Positions 14,609-29,100 of a stretch of 64,000 nt of DNA are shown in pieces (the first letter of the stretch is position 1; the number at the start of each line of letters is the position of its first letter). The translations under genes and the position numbers were made by a program. Below the pieces are notes generated by a model. It ran no database searches. It was not told the origin of the DNA and worked only from the letters and a program-made list of their open reading frames with translations. The DNA is from Eledone cirrhosa (lineage: Eukaryota): the NCBI GenBank assembly GCA_964016885.1, contig OZ024742.1, forward strand, positions 229,400,001 to 229,464,000. The letters are read 5' to 3'.

Positions 14609-15647
14609 TATTGGGTTGGACATAAATTTCCTGCGCCTATATACGGAATAACCTATGTATGCATAATGTGTAACGGGAAGCAACGTGGATCTATCGAAAT
14701 CGTTTATTGTTTGTGGTTTATTTTATAACTTCAAATCTTGCCTAAGTGCAGCAGCATTGTGTCATCGTATTATCAATGTATTTGGGTCACATACCATGTT
14801 TCAACTCAGTGACAGGGACTGGTTCGCATGCTACCTTTCCGGTGATTAACAGCCTGGTAGATCGACCTTGCACAGTACGTCGAGCCGACTTCAATGATGA
14901 GCAAATGCATGAGATGGTGGAAGCTAATCCATGCTAGACATCACGTCATCTCTCCGTCATGCTCGGTACATCGAAAACAACCATCCCCAATCACATGCAT
15001 GCAATAGGGAAGTTGTCCAAGCTGGACATGTGTGTGCACTCCGATCTGAATATGGGGTAGTAACTGCGAACTCTCTGCTTTCCTACCATCGAACAGCCAA
15101 CTGGTTAGAGAGAGGGCGCCACAACAGCAAGCAAAAGATGGTTTCCTCCAACACAAGGCCCTACTTAGAATTTGATGGAACTGGAAAGGTGTCATCCCCT
15201 ACGAAATGCTCCTACCGAACACCTGCATAACCTCTGAATTTTATTGCCCAAAACTTGACAGACTGGCGGCGATAATCACGAAAATGCGCCCATACCATGG
15301 TCGACTCCGTCATTATAAGGCTCGGGTGCATACATCAAGAGCTACCAATGAGAAGCTGCTGGAGCTAGATTGGGAGGTTCTGAACCACCTCTGGTATTCA
15401 CCCGATCTCGTGCTTTCAGACTGTCACATTTCCCTCTCAATGAGAAATGCAATGGAGTCAAAGACATTCGCGAATGAAGACCAGTTAAAACAGTGGCTGA
15501 CGGAATTCTTTGCATCGAAGCTAAAAGAATTCTACAGGGATGGGATCATGTGACTTTCTACATAATAGTAGACGGTAATCGCAAATGATGGCGATTACTT
15601 TGACTTATAAAATAGAAATGTGAAAGATGGCAGGAACTTTCTGTTCA

Positions 15648-15650
<3 letters not shown>
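14609..15650 (+). mobile_element. Degenerate mariner (Tc1/mariner) DNA transposon
   Basis: WEVLNHLWYSPDLVLSD matches the YSPDLAPSD motif; HYKARVH resembles HDNARPH; imperfect TIRs TATTGGGTTGGACATAAATTTCCTGC / GCAGGAACTTTCTGTTCAATA. Confidence 0.8.
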
Positions 15651-15727
<77 letters not shown>

Positions 15728-15733
<6 letters not shown>

Positions 15734-16225
15734 TATTAAAAAAATAATGAATAAACAAAGAAACAGTTCCTTATATTAAACAAAAAAAGTTCATTATTTT
15801 ACGATCGTTTCTAGGACATATATGTGTTAGAATTGGTATGCATATTCAAAAGATCTATGTACAATATTATACAAACTATCAGAGGGAATATACATACCTT
15901 CACATATATATGCTGTCTTCAAAGGTATGTATATTCCCTCTGATAGTTTGTATAATATTGTACATAGATCTTTTGAATATGCATACCAATTCTAACACAT
16001 ATATGTCCTAGAAACGATCGTAAAATAATAAACTTTTTTTGTTTATTTTAAGGAACTGTTTCTTTGTTTATTCATTATTTTTTTAATAATTTATCTTGAC
16101 TCTGTTTTCCGTTTATCTTTCACCGAAAGTAGTTTTTGAATGCATCTCTTCTTTTCATGATATCCGGATTACATTGAGTTCTTCATACGGATTCGACACT
16201 ACCGTAAACTTTTGGTAGATTTATC

Positions 16226-16228
<3 letters not shown>
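15728..16228. mobile_element. Miniature inverted pLTR insertion of the 17036-24895 Naiad family (arms 15728-~15900 / ~15922-16094, tail 16095-16228)
   Basis: Near-perfect ~170-bp inverted repeat. Arm and tail are homologous to 24587-24895, and the junction falls at the HHR core. Confidence 0.85.
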
Positions 16229-16267
<39 letters not shown>

Positions 16268-16542
16268 AACGGTGTACGGGAATCCTTCCGTCATTACGCT
16301 AACAGAGGTCTGATGAGCTTTTGATTCCAGAGTCGGGCTCGATCGATAAGGTTCGAACCTTGACCTGAACATTCGTGAAACGTGCATATATATAGTTAAA
16401 TATTAGACAGGAACAAAAAAAGAGAATCAGTACAAATGGTAGTTTATTAGGTTCACGCTTTTGAGAGTGTGGGGTGGGGGACCACGGTTCGGGCATGAGC
16501 TCTTTTTAACGATACTAAAATATTCTATATATATATATATAT

Positions 16543-16757
<215 letters not shown>

Positions 16758-16934
16758 TTTAGTATCGTGAGAGAGTAGAGGTTTAAAGGGATAAGCGATA
16801 CATATAGTTAGTTGCCATAAGCTGGTGCATTTGTGCTCAATAATTGTGCCTACAGGGTTAAATATCGGATATAAATATATATAGTATATATATTGTATAT
16901 ATATTGTATATATATTGTATATATATTGTATATA

Positions 16935-17043
<109 letters not shown>

Positions 17044-17088
17044 TAAACAAATAATGAACAAACAATTCCTTATATTAAACAAAAAAAG

Positions 17089-17243
17089 TTCACTATTTAA
17101 CGATCGTTTCTAGGGCATATATGTGTTATAATTGGTATGCATATTTAACAGATCTATGTACAAAATTATACAAAATTATACAAATTATCAAGATTAAATA
17201 TACATACCTAACTCATATATACGCCGTCTTCAGAAATAATGAA
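17089..17243 (-). ncRNA. Type I hammerhead with greatly extended stem II (left arm)
   Basis: Mirror of 24553-24707. Confidence 0.7.
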
Positions 17244-18012
17244 GTATATTTATTGATAATAACAACAATTCAAAATATCAGTTCAAAATTGACCAATGAA
17301 AACACAAAGGGTTAAAAAGCAGTTTGGTGTGTGTATATACATGTAAAAACCTTACACATATTTTACAATAATGTGTGTATAATTTGTATGTGCATACTAA
17401 AAAGATGGATGCAAATACAAAATTTCAAGGTTAATATCTCTGTAAGCTTAATGCGCTGATAAGATACGCAATGATACTTATGGAGTCAAGCATATAAATA
17501 TATTTTTTTCATACTCACACATATCAGTATAATCACACATACATGTGCGTATATGTATAAATATACACATAACCACGAACATACAAACACACACACTCCC
17601 CCACTCACATTTATATATGTGGATATAAAATCATAAGCAAATAGAAATTAAGTCACTCACATAAAAACACTGGTACACACATTTCAAGATCAAGATACAG
17701 AAATTAGGTGGGAGGGGGGGGGAGGGGTCAGTATTAGATTGTCAGACCAGACAGCCTAATATAAATGTATCTATAAATAAAGAAAAATAAAAAAATAAAA
17801 ACAATAAAATATAATACATATAATATAATATACATACGCATACATATATACATACACATACATACATGTACGCGCACATAGAGATATCTACACATACATA
17901 CATACACACATACCTATACTGTCATACACACACATACATTTACACGAACATACACATACACATATAAAAAGATATAAATACACACACACACACGCGCAAC
18001 ACATACACACAT

Positions 18013-18053
<41 letters not shown>

Positions 18054-18407
18054 TATACACACACACATAGACTCATATATATATATACATACACATACAT
18101 ACACATATACAAACATATATATCCCCACACTCATACCACCATAAAAACACATACAAACACCCAGATGTATATATATATATATATATATACATATATCAAC
18201 ATACACACACGTACACATATATGTATATATACATACATATATACACACATACACATATATATATACACACACACATAAAATACAGACATGCACATATATA
18301 TATATATATATATATTTCATTACTCTTATATATACACATAGTATATATACATACACAACCTCACTTATACACATATACACATAAGTTATATTACAATAAT
18401 AATAAAG

Positions 18408-18462
<55 letters not shown>

Positions 18463-18581
18463 TACATACATATATATACATACACATACATACATACACA
18501 TACATACATACACCTAAATATATACATATATAAATACACACATACGAATAAAGACATATATTCACACATAGACACCTATAT

Positions 18582-18613
<32 letters not shown>

Positions 18614-20433
18614 CTATATACACACACATACACATATGTACACACATATATATATACACATACACACACACACACACACACAGACACACATACACACTCA
18701 CATATATATATATATATATATGTGTATGTGAGTGTGCGCAAATACATATATATATACACACACACATACAAACACACACAAACACATACATATGCATACG
18801 TGCACACACACACACATATATCACATAGATACGAAGATAAACATATAAATAGAGAGACATACAAATATATACAGAACCCATATACACATACATACAAACA
18901 CGCATATACATATATATACATATATACACACATATATATTCCTATATACAAGCATACACATACACACACATATATACATATACATACACATATACATACC
19001 ACACATTCACATACACATACATATATAATACATATATATACATATATATACATACATATGTATGTACAATCATATATACACACTCAATCTTACATTCATA
19101 TTTACATGCTCATATATGTATTTTTATATTTAGAAATAAATACCAAAACCTATATAGACACCCATCTACACATATATTCATACATATACGCTTACAAAAA
19201 CAGATGATAATAGTATGGGGGAAAGGGGGGGTTTGGAGAAGGGGATCAAAGTAAATATATGTTTCAAGAAACATATAATATTTTCCATATCTTAATTCAA
19301 TGTATGTTCTTACATATTTTCAGTGCTAGGAAATACGAAATCTATGCATCACAAAATAAAAAAGTATACCATTAATCATATGTTAACTAAACCAAAGATA
19401 GTCAACATATTGATTTCCAAGGTGTAAATTAGTTAGGTTTATAATATTTGAAGCAGAATTATGAAGTCAAACAGTAGTAGATTATTAATTACATTATAAC
19501 TAAATTAAAGTTAATAACGTTATGGTATCAATATTAGGAGATGAATTTAGTAATAGGGAAAAGAAACCCAAATAAAAATAAAATAAAGTATTACATCGGT
19601 AGTAGCATATAAATTATATGTTAACTAAATTAAAAATTATATATTTATTTCAATAGTATACGTTAATTAGTATATGTTAATTAGGTATACAATACATAAA
19701 ACAGATATTGTATTTCATCAATAGCATAATATAATTATATGCAAATAAAAATCAAAATTAATACGCATACATATACATATACATACACATACACATATAT
19801 ATACATATACATACATATATATATATATATATATACACATATATACACATACATACATATATAGTCACATAAATATACATACAGATACACATACAACACA
19901 CACATATACATATACATATAGATATACATATCTTTTTCAAAAAATTGCACAGAATATATTAACTAGGTATATATCCAAAACACCTCCCATTCTATGATTA
20001 CATGACATTCTGCAATTCGTCTGTACAAGGATACTAATTTTAAGCAAATTAAAATTAAAGTTTTAGGTTGATTAAAACTAAAACCAAATAATAAATATAT
20101 TTCCAAAATGTATATTAATTAGGTCTATAATACTAAAAATTCTTTCTCCGTCATAGGATACATGATATTATTTTGTTATATTTTATCTGTAAAAGAATTA
20201 TAATAAAAAAAATTATAATAAAAGGTTAAACTAAATTAAAAAATTATAATAAAAGGTTAAAATAAGTTAAAATTAATCTATAAATTAAATTACTGAATAT
20301 ATATTAGTAATATTTAAAGGTTTTTCAAAATTTATGATTACATAATATTTTCTCATCTGTAATAAAATATTAATTAAATTAAATTTATAGGTTAACTAAC
20401 ATTTAAATTAAATTAAATTCTAGAATAATGTTA

Positions 20434-22119
20434 TTAATTAGGTTTATAATATTTAAATGTTTTTTTTAGTTTATGATTACACGATATAATTAATTCCTGT
20501 CTTTTATTTAATAAGATATCCCTAGACTTCATTATTTCAAATAGTTCTTGGGAACATAATCTACATTCCTTTCTATTATTTTGATAAGGGGTGGCTCTTT
20601 TGAGCACACTCCAGGTCAAATCATATTTTATATTTTTATTTTTATAACTATTGATTTTTTCTGCTAGAGATGTTGTATTAGCCAGTGCGGCATTTTTAAA
20701 GCTATGTTTGTGGGTATTATACCTTGTCTTAAAATTGTTAGAGGTAGCTCCTATATATGAGCAAATAGAATCTTTAGTTTTAACATTACATTTATAGACT
20801 ATGTTGTTAACAAGACAATTCCCTTTTAATGGGCAGTTTGTTTTGTTTCTACAGTTACATCCTTTCGTTAATTCTGTATTTGAGGAGATATTATTGTTAA
20901 TTTGATGTACTGGTGGTATACTTATGGTTTTCTTACATTTATATGCATTATATGCACTTATATTTTGTTTTATGTTATTTGTTGTAGAGTATGAGAATTT
21001 AACTGTAGACCTATTTAAGATTTGATGGTATTTGTGGTTTGGCGGGAAGTTTTTCTCAAGGATATAAAAAAATTTTTTAGCAATATTATCCTTAACTTGT
21101 ACATTAAAAGGAGCATTATACCAAGTAACTCGTCTATTACGGTTTCTATGTTGTTTATTATTTTTATTATTTTTATATGTTGTATCATGATTTTTACTAG
21201 GAGGATTAATGTTAATGATCTCACCACAACTATTTTTAGTTATATTTGTAGATTTAGGTGTTTTATCTTTTTTATTAGGAGTTTTATTATTAATATTTAT
21301 TATAGTCGTATGATGAGTAGTTTTTTGAGGGTTACTATACTTTATATTAGAAGATTTAGTATTTTGGGGTATACTGTGGGTGGCATTTAGGTGTGTACTT
21401 TTCATTTGGTGTTTGTTGGTAATATTATGCTGTATGCTTTCAGTATTTTTAGTAGAAGGTATATACTCTAATCTATTTTTGTGGCCACTTCTATCTAGAG
21501 CTTCATTATAAAAGGTCGCATTTTTATCAAATACATCTTGGTTAGAAGAAAGGTTAGAAATTCTAAGTGATATATTATATGCAAGGTTTTTAAGGATAGA
21601 TTTAGGGTGATTAGATTGTGAGTGTATGTAATGTAAGTTTTGGTTAGGTTTATGGTAAGGTTGGTATATACCCGTAGCTAAATCTAAAGTTATATCTAGG
21701 AAATTTACTACTTTACTTGTTTTTTCAAAAGTAATATTAAGATTATAATAGTCTTTAAGGAAAGTTCTAATATGCTTTTTGTTTTTTTCGATTTCTGAAA
21801 GGCTAAGGTTGTTAGAAAGAAGAAGACAGTCATCACGATATAAACCACCTTTGAGGTGGGGAAAAGAGGCATTTATGTTGAAAAGGAGAAAGAGGCCCAC
21901 AAGATCAGTAATTTGGGCAGAATCGCTTGAACCCATAGTAATATCAAAAAGATTACTGTAAGTGTTTCTGGTCCAGTATTCATTCTGAAATTCAATAAGT
22001 GTTTGTCTAGCATGTGTAATAATGTTAATGTCATCCGAAGTTAAATTAGATCTATTTTTAGCAAATATTAATGCTTTGTTCAGGAGTATGGGTGATATAG
22101 AAGAATAGTAATTATCTAT
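20434..22119 (-). CDS. 5'-truncated but uninterrupted Naiad-type PLE RT + GIY-YIG ORF
   Basis: Frame is open upstream of the called Met: IDNYYSSIS (motif A), FDITMGSSDSAQITDLVGL, GLYRDD, NFLDITLDL, SNHP, CNCRNKTNCPLKGNCL, IVYKC..YIGAT..FKTRYNTH, CRLC, LLNKRQELIISCNH. Confidence 0.92.
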   Translation of the reverse strand: MDNYYSSISPILLNKALIFAKNRSNLTSDDINIITHARQTLIEFQNEYWTRNTYSNLFDITMGSSDSAQITDLVGLFLLFNINASFPHLKGGLYRDDCLLLSNNLSLSEIEKNKKHIRTFLKDYYNLNITFEKTSKVVNFLDITLDLATGIYQPYHKPNQNLHYIHSQSNHPKSILKNLAYNISLRISNLSSNQDVFDKNATFYNEALDRSGHKNRLEYIPSTKNTESIQHNITNKHQMKSTHLNATHSIPQNTKSSNIKYSNPQKTTHHTTIININNKTPNKKDKTPKSTNITKNSCGEIININPPSKNHDTTYKNNKNNKQHRNRNRRVTWYNAPFNVQVKDNIAKKFFYILEKNFPPNHKYHQILNRSTVKFSYSTTNNIKQNISAYNAYKCKKTISIPPVHQINNNISSNTELTKGCNCRNKTNCPLKGNCLVNNIVYKCNVKTKDSICSYIGATSNNFKTRYNTHKHSFKNAALANTTSLAEKINSYKNKNIKYDLTWSVLKRATPYQNNRKECRLCSQELFEIMKSRDILLNKRQELIISCNHKLKKTFKYYKPN

Positions 22120-23183
22120 ACATATACTAATTAACGTATACTATTGAAATAAATATATAATTTTTAATTTAGTTAACATATAATTTATATGCTACTACCG
22201 ATGTAATACTTTATTTTATTTTTATTTGGGTTTCTATTCCCTATTACTAAATTCATCTCCTAATATTGATACCATAACGTTATTAACTTTAATTTAGTTA
22301 TAATGTAATTAATAATCTACTACTGTTTGACTTCATAATTCTGCTTCAAATATTATAAACCTAACTAATTTACACCTTGGAAATCAATATGTTGACTATC
22401 TTTGGTTTAGTTAACATATGATTAATGGTATACTTTTTTATTTTGTGATGCATAGATTTCGTATTTCCTAGCACTGAAAATATGTAAGAACATACATTGA
22501 ATTAAGATATGGAAAATATTATATGTTTCTTGAAACATATATTTACTTTGATCCCCTTCTCCAAACCCCCCCTTTCCCCCATACTATTATCATCTGTTTT
22601 TGTAAGCGTATATGTATGAATATATGTGTAGATGGGTGTCTATATAGGTTTTGGTATTTATTTCTAAATATAAAAATACATATATGAGCATGTAAATATG
22701 AATGTAAGATTGAGTGTGTATATATGATTGTACATACATATGTATGTATATATATGTATATATATGTATTATATATGTATGTGTATGTGAATGTGTGGTA
22801 TGTATATGTGTATGTATATGTATATATGTGTGTGTATGTGTATGCTTGTATATAGGAATATATATGTGTGTATATATGTATATATATGTATATGCGTGTT
22901 TGTATGTATGTGTATATGGGTTCTGTATATATTTGTATGTCTCTCTATTTATATGTTTATCTTCGTATCTATGTGATATATGTGTGTGTGTGTGCACGTA
23001 TGCATATGTATGTGTTTGTGTGTGTTTGTATGTGTGTGTGTATATATATATGTATTTGCGCACACTCACATACACATATATATATATATATATATGTGAG
23101 TGTGTATGTGTGTCTGTGTGTGTGTGTGTGTGTGTATGTGTATATATATATGTGTGTACATATGTGTATGTGTGTGTATATAG

Positions 23184-23215
<32 letters not shown>

Positions 23216-23334
23216 ATATAGGTGTCTATGTGTGAATATATGTCTTTATTCGTATGTGTGTATTTATATATGTATATATTTAGGTGTATGTATGTATGTG
23301 TATGTATGTATGTGTATGTATATATATGTATGTA

Positions 23335-23389
<55 letters not shown>

Positions 23390-23743
23390 CTTTATTATTA
23401 TTGTAATATAACTTATGTGTATATGTGTATAAGTGAGGTTGTGTATGTATATATACTATGTGTATATATAAGAGTAATGAAATATATATATATATATATA
23501 TATGTGCATGTCTGTATTTTATGTGTGTGTGTATATATATATGTGTATGTGTGTATATATGTATGTATATATACATATATGTGTACGTGTGTGTATGTTG
23601 ATATATGTATATATATATATATATATATACATCTGGGTGTTTGTATGTGTTTTTATGGTGGTATGAGTGTGGGGATATATATGTTTGTATATGTGTATGT
23701 ATGTGTATGTATATATATATATGAGTCTATGTGTGTGTGTATA

Positions 23744-23784
<41 letters not shown>

Positions 23785-24552
23785 ATGTGTGTATGTGTTG
23801 CGCGTGTGTGTGTGTGTATTTATATCTTTTTATATGTGTATGTGTATGTTCGTGTAAATGTATGTGTGTGTATGACAGTATAGGTATGTGTGTATGTATG
23901 TATGTGTAGATATCTCTATGTGCGCGTACATGTATGTATGTGTATGTATATATGTATGCGTATGTATATTATATTATATGTATTATATTTTATTGTTTTT
24001 ATTTTTTTATTTTTCTTTATTTATAGATACATTTATATTAGGCTGTCTGGTCTGACAATCTAATACTGACCCCTCCCCCCCCTCCCACCTAATTTCTGTA
24101 TCTTGATCTTGAAATGTGTGTACCAGTGTTTTTATGTGAGTGACTTAATTTCTATTTGCTTATGATTTTATATCCACATATATAAATGTGAGTGGGGGAG
24201 TGTGTGTGTTTGTATGTTCGTGGTTATGTGTATATTTATACATATACGCACATGTATGTGTGATTATACTGATATGTGTGAGTATGAAAAAAATATATTT
24301 ATATGCTTGACTCCATAAGTATCATTGCGTATCTTATCAGCGCATTAAGCTTACAGAGATATTAACCTTGAAATTTTGTATTTGCATCCATCTTTTTAGT
24401 ATGCACATACAAATTATACACACATTATTGTAAAATATGTGTAAGGTTTTTACATGTATATACACACACCAAACTGCTTTTTAACCCTTTGTGTTTTCAT
24501 TGGTCAATTTTGAACTGATATTTTGAATTGTTGTTATTATCAATAAATATAC

Positions 24553-24707
24553 TTCATTATTTCTGAAGACGGCGTATATATGAGTTAGGTATGTATATTT
24601 AATCTTGATAATTTGTATAATTTTGTATAATTTTGTACATAGATCTGTTAAATATGCATACCAATTATAACACATATATGCCCTAGAAACGATCGTTAAA
24701 TAGTGAA
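24553..24707 (+). ncRNA. Type I hammerhead with ~116-nt stem II domain (right arm)
   Basis: TTCATTATTT-CTGAAGA-cGGCGTATAT...ATATATGCCcta-GAAAC GATC GTT-AAATAGTGAA. Stem I 10 bp, palindromic GATC loop. Confidence 0.7.
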
Positions 24708-24892
24708 CTTTTTTTGTTTAATATAAGGAATTGTTTGTTCATTATTTGTTTAATATTTTATCTTGACTCTGTATACCGTTTATCTTTCACCGAAATTGGA
24801 TTTTCATTACATCTCTTCTTTCCATGATATCCGGAATATATTGAGTTCTTCATACGGATTGGACACTACCGTAAACTCTTGGTAGATTTATC

Positions 24893-24936
<44 letters not shown>

Positions 24937-25190
24937 CTTAGGTTAATAGGAGTTAGGTATTGTATACCCGTGTCCCATTAAGGTATTGGCAGCATAATAA
25001 TTAGCTCTATGCTTTGGAGCAGAGCCGTATATATGTGGGTCTTTGTTTACTAGTAAACAAGGACCCACACCCCACCCTCCCGCACCAAAATTAGACTTAT
25101 CGCCCCTACTTTTGCTCTTTACTCTCTTTACTCTTTGTTCTTGAATGTTTTGTTGGTAGAGTCCATAACACCAATCAAACCCCCTTTATA

Positions 25191-25235
25191 GCTCTGACGA
25201 ATCTTACGGTTACGTAAGGAAGAAACATTGTAAGC
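25191..25235 (+). ncRNA. Minimal type I hammerhead in solo pLTR-like insert (24931-25280)
   Basis: GCT-CTGACGA-aTCTTACG gtta CGTAAGGaa-GAAAC att GTA-AGC, then CAATAAA. Internal palindrome GTGGGTCTTTGTTTACTAGTAAACAAGGACCCAC near 25035-25068. Confidence 0.7.
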
Positions 25236-25521
25236 CAATAAAAGTCTTTTGATGTTGTAGACGCTCTTGTGTTCTTTTTCATATATATATATATATTATA
25301 TATATATATATATTGTATATCTATATATATATATATTGTATATATATATATATATTGTATATATATATATATATTGTATATATATATATATTGTATATAT
25401 ATATATATTGTATATATATATATATATTGTATATACATATATATATATATATATATTGTATATATATATATATTGTTTATATATGTATATATAAATATAT
25501 ATATACAATATATATATATAT

Positions 25522-25552
<31 letters not shown>

Positions 25553-25626
25553 AACAATATATAGTATATATAGTATATATATATATATATAGTATATATA
25601 TATATATATAGTATATATAAATATAG

Positions 25627-25703
<77 letters not shown>

Positions 25704-25744
25704 TATATATATATATATAATATATATTATATAGATATATATAT

Positions 25745-25775
<31 letters not shown>

Positions 25776-25801
25776 TGTATATATATATATATATATATAT
25801 A

Positions 25802-25842
<41 letters not shown>

Positions 25843-25931
25843 ACATATATATATATAGTATATATATATATATATTGTATATATATATATATATTCTATA
25901 TATATATATATATATAGTATATATATATATA

Positions 25932-26004
<73 letters not shown>

Positions 26005-26358
26005 ATATATATATATATTGTATATATATATATATTGTATATATATATATATATTGTATATATATATATATTGTATATATATAAATATATCTATATTGTA
26101 TATATAAATGAGAGGTATAGAGATTGTTTTAGCAAGAAGCTAACGGCATTCTATAACATATATGCGACTATAACGTCAAGATGGGAAAAGTAGTTAACGA
26201 AAGATTTAGGAAAAATAACTCAAACTCATCTCAAAAGAGAATCAGGATATAAATTCATCCACAGAATTTAGTAAAATCCAGGGAAAATCTATAGACCTTT
26301 AACTCATGATAAAATAAAGTTTGAAACACTTATCCTTCAATTTGGAATAACATCAAAT

Positions 26359-26440
26359 GCTCTGTATAGTCTTAAAAGACTATTTCATGAAAACTTTCAG
26401 TGGAGATGGTCACGGTTGGAATTTCAATCATCAGCAGAGC
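26359..26440 (-). ncRNA. Type I hammerhead ribozyme, unit 1
   Basis: GCTCTG-CTGATGA-tTGAAA..TTTCAt-GAAA-TAGTCT ttta AGACTA-TA-CAGAGC. Canonical core, stable stems I and III, AUA site. Confidence 0.88.
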
Positions 26441-26988
26441 TCAACAGAAAACCAGGGCTCTCACAGTAATATAATCCGAAAAAGGGAATTCTAAAACTGG
26501 CTAGTTCGCCTTCATGTGTATTTATGAAAAAGCACATGAGGAAAAAACGGGTCTAGTGACGTCAGGATGGAAGTGAATGTTTATTTACAAGAAATAGCAG
26601 TCAAATACATTCTGAAAAAAGACTCTACAAAGGAGTTCAGCAAAATAGCAATAATTATCACAGTTTTTATGAAAAAACCCGGGATTAGTCACAGATAGTT
26701 TAAGCACTCTAGGAAAAGAATCCGAGTATAAATATAAATGAGAGGTATAGAGATTGTTTTAGCAAGAAGCTAACGGCATTCTATAACATATATGCGACTA
26801 TAACGTCAAGATGGGAAAAGCAGTTAACGAAAGATTTAGGAAAAATAACTCAAACTCATCTCAAAAGAGAATCAGGATATAAATTCATCCACAGAATTTA
26901 GTAAAATCCAGGGAAAATCTATAGACCTTTAACTCATGATAAAATAAAGTTTGAAACACTTATCCTTCAATTTGGAATAACATCAAAT

Positions 26989-27070
26989 GCTCTGTATAGT
27001 CTTAAAAGACTATTTCATGAAAACTTTCAGTGGAGATGGTCACGGTTGGAATTTCAATCATCAGCAGAGC
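26989..27070 (-). ncRNA. Type I hammerhead ribozyme, unit 2
   Basis: Same sequence as 26359-26440. Confidence 0.88.
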
Positions 27071-27618
27071 TCAACAGAAAACCAGGGCTCTCACAGTAAT
27101 ATAATCCGAAAAAGGGAATTCTAAAACTGGCTAGTTCGCCTTCATGTGTATTTATGAAAAAGCACATGAGGAAAAAACGGGGCTAGTGACGTCAGGATGG
27201 AAGTGAATGTTTATTTACAAGAAATAGCAGTCAAATACATTCTGAAAAAAAACTCTACAAAGGAGTTCAGCAAAATAGCAATAATTATCACAGTTTTTAT
27301 GAAAAAAACCGGGATTAGTCACAGATAGTTTAAACACTCTAGGAAAAGAATCCGAGTATAAATATAAATGAGAGGTATAGAGATTGTTTTAGCAAGAAGC
27401 TAACGGCATTCTATAACATATATGCGACTATAACGTCAAGATGGGAAAAGTAGTTAACGAAAGATTTAGGAAAAATAACTCAAACTCATCTCAAAAGAGA
27501 ATCAGGATATAAATTCATCCACAGAATTTAGTAAAATCCAGGGAAAATCTATAGACCTTTAACTCATGATAAAATAAAGTTTGAAACACTTATCCTTCAA
27601 TTTGGAATAACATCAAAT

Positions 27619-27700
27619 GCTCTGTATAGTCTTAAAAGACTATTTCATGAAAACTTTCAGTGGAGATGGTCACGGTTGGAATTTCAATCATCAGCAGAGC
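27619..27700 (-). ncRNA. Type I hammerhead ribozyme, unit 3
   Basis: Same sequence as 26359-26440. Confidence 0.88.
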
Positions 27701-28249
27701 TCAACAGAAAACCAGGGCTCTCACAGTAATATAATCCGAAAAAGGGAATTCTAAAACTGGCTAGTTCGCCTTCATGTGTATTTATGAAAAAGCACATGAG
27801 GAAAAAACGGGGCTAGTGACGTCAGGATGGAAGTGAATGTTTATTTACAAGAAATAGCAGTCAAATACATTCTGAAAAAAAAACTCTACAAAGGAGTTCA
27901 GCAAAATAGAAATAATTATCACAGTTTTTATGAAAAAAACCGGGATTAGTCACAGATAGTTTAAGCACTCTAGGAAAAGAATCCGAGTATAAATATAAAT
28001 GAGAGGTATAGAGATTGTTTTAGCAAGAAGCTAACGGCATTCTATAACATATATGCGACTATAACGTCAAGATGGGAAAAGTAGTTAACGAAAGATTTAG
28101 GAAAAATAACTCAAACTCATCTCAAAAGAGAATCAGGATATAAATTCATCCACAGAATTTAGTAAAATCCAGGGAAAATCTATAGACCTTTAACTCATGA
28201 TAAAATAAAGTTTGAAACACTTATCCTTCAATTTGGAATAACATCAAAT

Positions 28250-28331
28250 GCTCTGTATAGTCTTAAAAGACTATTTCATGAAAACTTTCAGTGGAGATGG
28301 TCACGGTTGGAATTTCAATCATCAGCAGAGC
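28250..28331 (-). ncRNA. Type I hammerhead ribozyme, unit 4
   Basis: Same sequence as 26359-26440; the array ends 19 bp beyond it. Confidence 0.88.
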
Positions 28332-28348
28332 TCAACAGAAAACCAGGG

Positions 28349-28440
<92 letters not shown>

Positions 28441-28612
28441 ATATATATATATATTGTATATATATATTGTATATATATATATATATTGTATATATATATA
28501 TATATATATTGTATATATATATATATATATTGTATATATATATATATATATTGTATATAAATATATATATATATACAATATATATATATATATATTGTAT
28601 ATATATATATAT

Positions 28613-28778
<166 letters not shown>

Positions 28779-29045
28779 ATATCTGCGTGTTTACAGATTG
28801 ACTTTGTTAGTTTCAGAAGATCCCGTTAAGGGTGAAAGCAGCGATTCTTTGCTTAAACTTTAATCTATTATTTTAATAAATATATATATATATATTATAT
28901 ATATATTATATATATATTATATATATATATATATAATATATATATATGTATTATATAAATATTATATATATATATAATATATATATATTATCTATAATAA
29001 AATAAAATAAATAAGTCAAATGTTTAAAGTTTGGCTTCGTTTATT

Positions 29046-29100
29046 ACTGCTCTATATATTTCGGTGACAGCCATCTTTGGCTGTGACCTCTTCAGGCAGT
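29046..29100 (-). ncRNA. Type I hammerhead (left arm; cleavage-site U mutated)
   Basis: ACTGC-CTGAAGA-GGTcACAGCC aaagat GGCTGTcACC-GAAA TATATA GA-GCAGT. Confidence 0.65.

Larger units (their letters stand above)
26102..28350 (-). repeat. Tandem array of 630-bp units (~3.6 copies), one hammerhead per unit; retrozyme-like
   Basis: ATAAATGAGAGGTATAG recurs at ~26104, 26734, 27364, 27995. Units differ by a few SNPs and poly-A length, have no long ORF, and are flanked by (TA)n/TTG tracts. Confidence 0.93.

Noticed and set aside
16306-16390. CTGATGA...GAAAC hammerhead-like motif
   Set aside because: Stems I and III do not pair; at best a decayed copy.
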